64,000 nucleotides of DNA from an uncultured Candidatus Rokubacteria bacterium (GTDB taxonomy: Bacteria; Methylomirabilota; Methylomirabilia; Rokubacteriales; DASRDR01). Of this stretch, positions 1 through 7,371 are shown one piece after another; within the stretch, counting starts at the first letter, position 1, and every line of letters begins with the position of its first letter. The stretch lies in assembly GCA_963826115.1 (NCBI GenBank), contig CAWGVS010000005.1, forward strand, positions 1,152,001 through 1,216,000. Direction: 5' to 3'. A program made the translations under genes and the position numbers. Below the pieces are notes generated by a model that ran no database searches, was not told the DNA's origin, and saw only the letters and a list, made by a program, of their open reading frames with translations.

Positions 1-1
1 C

Positions 2-307
2 TCCGCCATCCAGATCGCCGCCGAGCGCGGCCTGCCGGCCCTCGTGGCGTGGGTCTGGATCTGGGTGGTCTTCTTCCGGGAGGGCTGGCGGATCCTGGGG
101 CAGGCCGACCGCGCGTCACCGTCCCGGCGGGCCCTCGTGTGCGCGAGCCTGGCTGGGGTGGCGGGCTTCCTGGTCGCGGGCCTGTTCGAGCACAACTTCG
201 GCGACGCCGAGGTCGCGATGGTGATCTTCGCGCTGATGGCCCAGCCGTGGGTGGTGCTGCGCGACCTGAGCCCATCCGACTCGAGCGCGTCCCCGGCGGG
301 CGCCTAG
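2..307 (+). CDS. O-antigen ligase (Wzy_C/WaaL-like) family membrane protein, C-terminal part, truncated by window edge
   Basis: Frame open from base 2: SAIQIAAERGLPAL... matches the QxxxExGxxG motif, followed by hydrophobic helices and GLFEHNFGDAEV. Confidence 0.75.
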   Translation, partial: SAIQIAAERGLPALVAWVWIWVVFFREGWRILGQADRASPSRRALVCASLAGVAGFLVAGLFEHNFGDAEVAMVIFALMAQPWVVLRDLSPSDSSASPAGA

Positions 308-318
308 GACGCGGCGGT

Positions 319-633
319 CTACTTGCCGGGCGGCGGCGCCTCCACCGCCTCGAGTGCGGCCGCCGCGGCCTCCCGCACCGAGGCGTCCCCGTCATGCCCG
401 GCCGCATGCCGGAGCGCCTCCGATGCGCTGAGGGCCTCGGCGCCAAGCCGGCCCAGCGAGTCGGCCGCGAACCGGCGGATCGTGGGGTCCTCGCCCGTGG
501 CGAGCGCCTCCACGAGCGCGGGTACCGCGCGCGGACCGAACCGGGAGAGCACGCGGCGAGCCTTCCAGCGCCAGTCGTCGGGAGACTCGGGCGCCATCGC
601 CACTTCACCCAGCAACGAGGTCCGCGCTCTCAC
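319..633 (-). CDS. Small HEAT/PBS-lyase repeat protein
   Basis: AVPALVEAL...IRRFAADSLGRLG...VREAAAAALEAV HEAT-like repeats; alternative ATG at 597. Confidence 0.7.
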   Translation of the reverse strand: MRARTSLLGEVAMAPESPDDWRWKARRVLSRFGPRAVPALVEALATGEDPTIRRFAADSLGRLGAEALSASEALRHAAGHDGDASVREAAAAALEAVEAPPPGK

Positions 634-664
634 GACAGTCCGGCGGCGCGGCGCGCGTCCGACC

Positions 665-1228
665 CTAGTTGGAGGGCGCCGCGAACGGCAGGAGCGTCAT
701 GCGGGCGGCCGTGGTGTCCGGCGCGGGCAACCGCCGGGTCACGACGCGCGGCGTATCGGGAAGCGCGTCCTCGACCATGAGCGCGATGCGTTCCCAGTTC
801 CGGCGCGGAGTGTTCTTCAGGTAGTGGTCGGTCAGGTAGTGCGCCAGCTCGTGGCCCAGGATCGGCCGGCTGTAGTACGGGATGGCGACGAAGTTCGCGC
901 CTGGCAGATAGAGCGCGCGAGCGTCGGCGCCATGGGGGGCCACCGTCACGATCTGTCGGTACAGGTCGGAGATCCGGCCGGATGACATCACCATGATCCG
1001 GACCCGGGGCTTGCTCGCGTTGAGGTCGACGTTCAGGATGCCGGCGACCTCCTCGAGGAGATCGTCGACCTGCTCCGGGAGGAACTGCTCGTCCGCGTAG
1101 TTCTCGACGGTGGCGTACCGCGTGTGCGTCACGGTCGAGCGCTCACGGTAGCCCACGTCGGCACACCCCACCGCGAGCGGAAACAGCAACAGCGGAGCAA
1201 CGAACCGGAGAGCGTCCGAGAGACCCAT
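665..1228 (-). CDS. Putative lipoprotein with HExxH zinc-metallopeptidase motif
   Basis: Hydrophobic signal ending in lipobox-like LAVGC; ILGHELAHYL motif and a downstream Glu (NWERIA). Confidence 0.7.
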   Translation of the reverse strand: MGLSDALRFVAPLLLFPLAVGCADVGYRERSTVTHTRYATVENYADEQFLPEQVDDLLEEVAGILNVDLNASKPRVRIMVMSSGRISDLYRQIVTVAPHGADARALYLPGANFVAIPYYSRPILGHELAHYLTDHYLKNTPRRNWERIALMVEDALPDTPRVVTRRLPAPDTTAARMTLLPFAAPSN

Positions 1229-1230
1229 GG

Positions 1231-1266
1231 CTAGCTCTTTCCGGAAGCCGACTTCCGGAGGAGCTA
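1231..1266 (-). promoter_or_regulatory. Hairpin covering the ribosome-binding region (probable riboswitch expression platform)
   Basis: TAGCTC-C-TCCGGAAG-TCGG-CTTCCGGA-AA-GAGCTA ending just before the ATG at 1228. Confidence 0.6.
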
Positions 1267-1280
1267 CGGAGCCCCCCCTG

Positions 1281-1370
1281 CTTCTTCGGTAACCCGGCCA
1301 TCAGACCCCACTCGGGGCCAGACCCGTGGCTTTGCGTCCCCACCTCGCGGCGGGTTTGCCTTGTCGGAAG
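1281..1370 (-). ncRNA. c-di-GMP-I (GEMM) riboswitch aptamer
   Basis: Minus strand reads CTTCCGACAAGGCAAACCCGCCGCGAGGTGGGGACGCAAAGCCACGGGTCT...GATGGCCGGGTTACCGAAGAAG, with the GGCAAACC, GNRA loop, GGGACGCAAAGC and GGGTTACCGA hallmarks; lies in the 5' UTR of 665..1228. Confidence 0.9.
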
Positions 1371-1421
1371 CGGCTTGCCTATTCGGTTGTCTCGGCCATT
1401 AACGTCAGCCTCCCTGGAGGA

Positions 1422-1438
1422 TTCAAGTCCGATGCCAG
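1422..1438 (-). promoter_or_regulatory. Possible sigma54 (-24/-12) promoter, -12 variant TTGA
   Basis: CTGGCATCGGACTTGAA: GG-N10-GA rather than GG-N10-GC; about 50 nt upstream of the riboswitch. Confidence 0.45.
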
Positions 1439-1624
1439 ACCGATCCGCCGAGATCGACCATGGGCCGCTACTTCAGACAGGTGTGCCTAACTATCCAATA
1501 TGTATGCGAGATACTCGACGTAACACGACCGTAACCAATGAGCCGGCCGGGGCGTGGCTCGCCAATCTTACACGCACCTGCTGTCACATTGCGGCCAGGA
1601 CGTCGCGGGGAACGGCCGAGCGGG

Positions 1625-3352
1625 CTACGGGTGCCGGAAGCGATTCGACAGCGGCAGACGCCAGTCGCGCCCGAAGGCTCTCGGGGTGATCTTCACGCCC
1701 GGCGGCGCCTGGCGTCGCTTGTACTCGTTCCGGTCCACCATCTGGACGACCTGCCGGACCGTCGCCTCGTCGTACCCGAGGGCAACGATGTCCGCGAGGG
1801 AGCGGTCCTCCTCGACGTACGCCTCGAGGATCCCGTCCAGGACCTCGTAGGGCGGCAGGGTGTCCTGATCGGTCTGATTGGGCCGGAGCTCCGCGGACGG
1901 GGCGCGCCGAATCACCGACTCGGGGATCACCGCCGGGCCGCGGGCGTTCCGCCACGCGGCCAGCGCGTACACCAAGGTCTTCGGGACGTCCTTGATGACC
2001 GCGAAGCCCCCCGCCATGTCTCCGTAGAGCGTGCAGTAGCCCACTCCCGTCTCGCTCTTGTTGCCGGTGGTCAGCACCAGCCACCCGAACTTGTTCGAGA
2101 GCGCCATCAGGAGGGTGCCGCGGACGCGCGCCTGGACGTTCTCCTCCGCCACGTCCTCCTTCAGGCCCTTGAAGGGCGCGGCGAGCACCTTCCGGAACGC
2201 CCGGTACGCGGGGGTGATGGGCAACGTCAGGAACTCGATCCCGAGGTTCCGCGCGACGCGCCGGGCGTCGGCCCGCGTGCCGGCCGACGAGAAGGGGGAC
2301 GGCATGGAAACCCCGACGACGCCCTCCCGCCCCAGCGCGTCGACGGCGATCGCCGCAGTCAGCGCCGAGTCGATGCCACCCGACAGCCCCACGACGACGC
2401 GGCGGAATCCGTTCTTCCGGATGTAGTCCCGGGTGCCGGTCACGAGCGCCGCGTACACCTCGGCGTCGCGGTCGAGGAACGCCGCGGGGCGCTCCGGCAA
2501 CGCGGGACGCGGCCGCGCCGGGAGTGCCGAGAGCCGGATCCGCTGGACCGGGGCCGCCGCCACGCGCTTCTCCTTCCGTCGCCGCGAGTCGCGGAGCCTC
2601 GCTCGGAACGCCGCGTCGAGGTCCACGTCCGCGACGACGAGGTCCTCCTCGAACGCCCGCCCGAGCGCGAGCCGGTCGCCGGCGGGATCGAAGACCATCG
2701 ACTGGCCGTCGAACACGAGCTCGTCCTGGCCGCCGACCAGGTTCACGAACGCGAGGTAGCCGACGTGGTCGGCCGCGCGCGTGGCGAGCATCTTCTCGCG
2801 GAACCGCACCTTCCCGACGTGGTACGGCGACGAGTTGATCGAGACCACCAGCTCCGCGCCGGCGAGCGTCTGCGCGGTCATCGGCCCGGTCGGGTACCAG
2901 ATGTCCTCGCAGATGTTGACCGCGAAAACCGGCCCGTTCTCCCCCAGCTCGAAGACCGGGGTTTCCACGCCGGCCTGGAAGTACCGGTCCTCGTCGAAGA
3001 CTCCGTAGTTCGGCAGGTACTGCTTGTGGTAGACGCCGGCCACCGCTCCGTCGTGGCAGACGGCGGCCGCGTTCATGATGTCGTCGCGCCGGTCGACGAA
3101 GCCGACCACCACGATGAGGCCGGTGGCGGCCCGCGCCACCCGGTCCAGGGCGCGGAGATTCGCCTCGATGAACGCCGAGCGGAAGAGGAGGTCCTCGGGT
3201 GGGTACCCCGTGAGGCAGAGCTCGGGGAAGGCCACCAGGTCGACGCCGAGGGCGCGGGCGCGCTCGATCTCGTCGAGCACCCGGCGGGCGTTCCCCTCGA
3301 CGTCGCCGACGGTGACGTTGAGCTGCGCCAGGCCGACCCGGAGCTGTCGCAC
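1625..3352 (-). CDS. nadE: Glutamine-dependent NAD+ synthetase
   Basis: N-terminal nitrilase domain (FPEL, YHKQYLPNY, ICEDIW) plus synthetase domain (GLSGGIDS, TTGNKSE, PSAEL, NEYKRRQ); GTG at 3352 with GGAGG RBS. Confidence 0.95.
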   Translation of the reverse strand: MRQLRVGLAQLNVTVGDVEGNARRVLDEIERARALGVDLVAFPELCLTGYPPEDLLFRSAFIEANLRALDRVARAATGLIVVVGFVDRRDDIMNAAAVCHDGAVAGVYHKQYLPNYGVFDEDRYFQAGVETPVFELGENGPVFAVNICEDIWYPTGPMTAQTLAGAELVVSINSSPYHVGKVRFREKMLATRAADHVGYLAFVNLVGGQDELVFDGQSMVFDPAGDRLALGRAFEEDLVVADVDLDAAFRARLRDSRRRKEKRVAAAPVQRIRLSALPARPRPALPERPAAFLDRDAEVYAALVTGTRDYIRKNGFRRVVVGLSGGIDSALTAAIAVDALGREGVVGVSMPSPFSSAGTRADARRVARNLGIEFLTLPITPAYRAFRKVLAAPFKGLKEDVAEENVQARVRGTLLMALSNKFGWLVLTTGNKSETGVGYCTLYGDMAGGFAVIKDVPKTLVYALAAWRNARGPAVIPESVIRRAPSAELRPNQTDQDTLPPYEVLDGILEAYVEEDRSLADIVALGYDEATVRQVVQMVDRNEYKRRQAPPGVKITPRAFGRDWRLPLSNRFRHP

Positions 3353-3424
3353 GCGGCCCTCCGGGCTGGAGTATATCAAATCGGCCTTGACGAACCTCCG
3401 AACGCTTCGGATCATGTGGGCGCG

Positions 3425-3628
3425 ATGACCGACGTCCCCGTCGAGCGGCGCACCTACTTCCCGCAGGCGATTCCCGCCGGCGCCGAGCGGCGCGCCTGCC
3501 CGGTCTGCGGCCGTCTGACGCTCGTGCCCTGGTACCTGCGTCGCGACCGCGAGCGGCACGTCTGGCGCCGCTGGGTCTGCACCGCGTGCCAAGCGCATCA
3601 GGACCTGCCCGAGGACGAGTCGGCCTGA
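3425..3628 (+). CDS. Small zinc-ribbon protein (CPxCG...CxxC), 67 aa
   Basis: MTDVP...ACPVCGR...WVCTACQ; fills the gap between nadE and the amidohydrolase. Confidence 0.65.
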   Translation: MTDVPVERRTYFPQAIPAGAERRACPVCGRLTLVPWYLRRDRERHVWRRWVCTACQAHQDLPEDESA

Positions 3629-3644
3629 GCCCGGGGTCCGCCCC

Positions 3645-4499
3645 GTGACGAAGGCCATCGACGTCCACTGCCATCTCTCCACGCGCCCGCAGTACGAGGC
3701 GTGGGGGCCCTACCTCGAGCCTATGGAGCGGTACTACAAGTTCCGACCCGACGTCCGCACCGAGGACGAGATGGTGGAAGACCTCCGCCGGGCCGGGGTC
3801 CGCGCCTGCATCATCGGCTGGGACGCCGCCGCGGGCTCGGGGGGGCCGCCGCTCACCAACGACTACGTCGCCGACCTGGTGCGCCGCTACCCCGACACCT
3901 TCCCGGGCGGCTGGGCCATGGTCGACCCGTGGCGCGGGCGCGAGGCGCTCCGCGAGGCGGAGCGGTGCCTCACCACCCTCGGCCTGATGGGGCTCAAGTT
4001 CCAGGCGACCGCCCAGGCGTTCTTCCCGGACGACCACCGCTTCTATCCGCTCTACGACCTCTGCCGGTCCTTGGGCAAGGCCGTCCAGTTCCACTCCGGC
4101 ACGACGGGCTTCGGCGCGGGCACGCCGGGCGGCATGGGACTCAAGCTGAAATACTGCCGGCCCATCCCGCACCTCGACGACGTCGCCGCGGACTTCCCCG
4201 ACCTCACGATCATCGCCTGCCACCCGTCGTGGCCCTGGCAGGACGAGATGATCGCGGTCTGCCTCCACAAGGCGAACGTCTTCATGGAGATGTCGGGATG
4301 GTCGCCGAAGTACTTCTCGGAGGCGCTCAAGCGCGAGATCCGGGGACGCCTGCAGGACCGCGTGATGTTCGGCTCGGACTATCCCGTCCTGAGCTACGAG
4401 CGCCTCTTCCGGGACTGGGAGTCGGAGGGATACCCGGACACGGTGCTGGAGAAGGTCTACCTGCGGAACGCCGAGCGGATCCTCGGCCTCCGCGCCTGA
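3645..4499 (+). CDS. Amidohydrolase_2 family metal-dependent hydrolase/decarboxylase/hydratase
   Basis: IDVHCH, FHSG, ACHPSWPW, MFGSDYP, NAERILG motifs. Confidence 0.88.
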   Translation: MTKAIDVHCHLSTRPQYEAWGPYLEPMERYYKFRPDVRTEDEMVEDLRRAGVRACIIGWDAAAGSGGPPLTNDYVADLVRRYPDTFPGGWAMVDPWRGREALREAERCLTTLGLMGLKFQATAQAFFPDDHRFYPLYDLCRSLGKAVQFHSGTTGFGAGTPGGMGLKLKYCRPIPHLDDVAADFPDLTIIACHPSWPWQDEMIAVCLHKANVFMEMSGWSPKYFSEALKREIRGRLQDRVMFGSDYPVLSYERLFRDWESEGYPDTVLEKVYLRNAERILGLRA

Positions 4500-4576
4500 G
4501 GACCGCGCCCCCGATTCCCTCGCGGCCGGGGGCGGCGAGCCCCGGTCCTGCGCGCGCCGCCGGTACAATGAACGTC

Positions 4577-5485
4577 GTGCGACCGATGCTCGAGGCCCGC
4601 GCCCTGATCAAGCACCTCGGCGGCCGGCGGGTCGTCGACGGAGTGGATCTCGTCTGTCTCCCGAGGCAGATCCACGGTCTCCTGGGGCCGAACGGCGCCG
4701 GCAAGACGACGACGCTCCGCATGCTGTACGGCTTCCTGACCCCCGACGCGGGTGAGATCCGCTTCGAGGGTGTGGACGCGCGGCAGGACCTCGCGGCCGC
4801 CAAGCGCCACATCGGCGTCTGCACGCAGGACGACACCTTCGACGGGGAGTTCACGGTGGAGCAGAACCTCCGGATCGCCGCCGAGTACTTCCGGCCGCGG
4901 CCCGAGGCCCTGGGCGAGCGCGTGGGCGGGCTCCTCGACCGCTTCGAGCTCCGCCCCTTCGCGCGCCAGAAGCCCGAGACGCTCTCGGGCGGATACCGCC
5001 GGCGTCTGATGCTGGCGCGGGCGATCGTGCACCGGCCGCGGCTCCTCTTCCTCGACGAGCCCACGACGGGCCTCGACCCCCAGGCCCGCGTCGCCGTGTG
5101 GCAGCTGGTCGACGGGCTGCGCGCGGACGGGCTCGCGATCGTCCTGACCACGCACTACATGGACGAGGCCGAGCGGCTGAGCGACGTCCTCACCGTGCTG
5201 GCCCGAGGGCGCGTCGTCGCCCACGGGACGCCCAAGGCCGTCCTGGGCGACTCGGTCGGCGAGCACGTCGTGGTCGTGGCCGCCGCCCCGGACGTCGGCA
5301 CGGGGCTCCTGCCCTGGCTCGCCGGCAGGGGGCTCGGGGAACCGGCCACCGTGCTCGGCGACTGGCACGTGCCGCTCAGCGCCGAGGCCCTCGCCGAATT
5401 CGCCCGCGCCTTTCCGCATCTCCGCTACGAGGTGCGGAGTCCCACGCTCGACGACCTCTTCCTCAAGCTGGCCCTGGAGCCGTGA
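4577..5485 (+). CDS. ABC exporter ATP-binding subunit (NodI/DrrA-like)
   Basis: GPNGAGKTT Walker A, LSGG signature, FLDEPT Walker B, TTHYM; alternative starts 4568 and 4586. Confidence 0.9.
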   Translation: MRPMLEARALIKHLGGRRVVDGVDLVCLPRQIHGLLGPNGAGKTTTLRMLYGFLTPDAGEIRFEGVDARQDLAAAKRHIGVCTQDDTFDGEFTVEQNLRIAAEYFRPRPEALGERVGGLLDRFELRPFARQKPETLSGGYRRRLMLARAIVHRPRLLFLDEPTTGLDPQARVAVWQLVDGLRADGLAIVLTTHYMDEAERLSDVLTVLARGRVVAHGTPKAVLGDSVGEHVVVVAAAPDVGTGLLPWLAGRGLGEPATVLGDWHVPLSAEALAEFARAFPHLRYEVRSPTLDDLFLKLALEP

Positions 5486-6330
5486 CGCACATGGAGGCAG
5501 CCACGAGCAGGCCGGGACGCGTCGACGCGGGATGGCTCTCCGCCGCGTTCGAGTGGCAGAGCCGGGCGGTGGTGCTCCGCCACCTCCGCGTCCACCTCAA
5601 CAACTGGCACACCGCGTTCCTCCCGCCCGTGTTCGAGCCCGTGGCGATGCTCCTCGCGTTCGGCCTGGGCCTCGGGGGCTACGTGGTAAACCTCGAGTGG
5701 CAGGGGCGCCCGCTTGCCTACCCGACCTTCGTGGCGCCGGGCCTCCTCGCCTACGCCGCGTTCATGACGGCGGTCTTCCAGGCGCTCTTCTCCGCGTTCA
5801 TCCGGATGCGCTATCAGCGGACCTGGGAAGGCCAGCTCACGACACAGGTCGAGCTCCGCCACGTCGTCTGGGGCGAGGTGCTGTGGGCCGCCCTGCTGGC
5901 AACCATCTACGTGGTGATCGTGGCGACGGTGCTGACCCTCTTCACCCTGGTCGGGCTCGTGGAGCTCCGCCTGGCGTGGCTCCCGGCGGTGATCCCCATC
6001 GCCTTCCTCGCGGGGTGCGGGTTCGCCGCCTTCGGCCTCTGCTTCACGGCGCTGGTGCCGACGATCGACCACATGAATCTCCCGGTGTTCCTCGTCGTCA
6101 TCCCGATGGGTCTTCTGTCGGGGACCTACTTCCCCATCACCCATCCCGTCCTCGCCGCGGCCTCGACGGCGAATCCGCTCTACCACCTGGCGCAGACCTA
6201 CCGCGGCATCCTCCTCGGGGGCCCGGTCGCCGCGCACCTCATCCCCCTGGCCCTCCTATCGGCCCTCATGGTCGCCGCGCTCGTCCCGCTCGACCTGCGT
6301 CTTCTGCGGCGCCGGGTTTTGGGTGACTGA
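5482..6330 (+). CDS. ABC-2 type permease (NodJ-like)
   Basis: Multiple TM helices, FVAPGLLA, LSGTYFPI, NPLYH; GTGA overlap with the ATPase gene. Confidence 0.88.
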   Translation: MTHMEAATSRPGRVDAGWLSAAFEWQSRAVVLRHLRVHLNNWHTAFLPPVFEPVAMLLAFGLGLGGYVVNLEWQGRPLAYPTFVAPGLLAYAAFMTAVFQALFSAFIRMRYQRTWEGQLTTQVELRHVVWGEVLWAALLATIYVVIVATVLTLFTLVGLVELRLAWLPAVIPIAFLAGCGFAAFGLCFTALVPTIDHMNLPVFLVVIPMGLLSGTYFPITHPVLAAASTANPLYHLAQTYRGILLGGPVAAHLIPLALLSALMVAALVPLDLRLLRRRVLGD

Positions 6331-6389
6331 CGCGCCCCGCGCCGCGGTGACCTTGACCCGCGACGGCGACCAGTGGTAGTCAGGGCGAC

Positions 6390-7205
6390 GTGAAGCTCTC
6401 CGGGAAGGTCGCCCTCGTCACCGGCGCGGCTCGCGGGATCGGTCGCGGGATCGCCCTCGCCCTGGCGAGCGAAGGCGCCCACGTCGCCGCCGCCGACCTC
6501 GGCGTCCCCAACGACGGCGCGATCGGCTACCGGCTCGCGCGGCCGGCCGATCTCGAGGAGACGGTCCGCGCCCTGGAGGGACGCGGGGTCCGCGCCCTCG
6601 GCATCGCCGGGGACGTGACGCAGGCCGGTGACGCCCGCCGCATGGTGGCCGAGACGGTCGCCAGCCTCGGCGGGCTCGACATCCTGGTCAACAATGCCGG
6701 GGTCCTGGTCGGCGGACCCTTCGAGCAGCTCACTGAGGCGCAGTTCGACCGGATGATGGGCGTGAACGTGAAAGGGATGGTCCTGGTCACCCAGGCTGCG
6801 CTGCCGGCGCTTCGCGCGCGTGGCGGGGGCTCCATCGTGAACATCTCGTCCATCTCCGGGAAGACCGGCCGCGCCTTCACCGCAGGCTACGCGGCGTCGA
6901 AGTTCGCGGTCGTGGGCTTGACGCAGGCGCTCGCCCACGAGTTCGGGTCGGCGAACATCCGGGTGAACGCGGTCTGCCCCGGCCTCCTGCGGACCACGAT
7001 GTGGACCGACGGCGTCGCCCCCGCCCGCGCGCCCTCCCTCGGCGTTCCGGTCGACCAGGCCTTCGACACCTTCGTCCGTCAGACGACGCCCCTCGGGCGC
7101 GAACAGACCCCCGAGGACATCGGCGAGGCCGTCGTCTACCTCTGCCGGGCCGAGAACGTCACCGGCGTCGCCCTCAACGTCGCGGGCGGCGTCGAGATGC
7201 ACTGA
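6390..7205 (+). CDS. Short-chain dehydrogenase/reductase
   Basis: TGAARGIG, NNAG, Ser plus YAASK catalytic motif, NAVCPG. Confidence 0.92.
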   Translation: MKLSGKVALVTGAARGIGRGIALALASEGAHVAAADLGVPNDGAIGYRLARPADLEETVRALEGRGVRALGIAGDVTQAGDARRMVAETVASLGGLDILVNNAGVLVGGPFEQLTEAQFDRMMGVNVKGMVLVTQAALPALRARGGGSIVNISSISGKTGRAFTAGYAASKFAVVGLTQALAHEFGSANIRVNAVCPGLLRTTMWTDGVAPARAPSLGVPVDQAFDTFVRQTTPLGREQTPEDIGEAVVYLCRAENVTGVALNVAGGVEMH

Positions 7206-7371
7206 CCTCGGTCCTGCGCTCGCCCACCCAGCGGGCCTCACGGACGCTCCCCGCCCTTCCGCGTCGAATCGACGCCACTTCGGCTAGAATGGCGCCGCGT
7301 TTGTCCCGCAGCGCTCTGCGCCACCGCATGCCGACACCGGGGAGTCGGGAGGGCAGCATGAAGGCCTGTCG

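Noticed and set aside
1281-1370. Riboswitch as the 3',3'-cGAMP-sensing GEMM-Ib variant
   Set aside because: The discriminating position reads G (AAGGCAAACC), which favours c-di-GMP; not tested experimentally.
1538-4568. Long overlapping ORFs 1538..3628 (+) and 1584..4568 (-)
   Set aside because: Shadow ORFs of nadE and the amidohydrolase in high-GC DNA; Arg/Pro/Gly-rich with no motifs. Only the last 67 codons of the first look real.
4577-6330. NodIJ-like exporter as evidence of Nod-factor synthesis
   Set aside because: No nodABC; this ABC-2 subfamily is widespread outside rhizobia.
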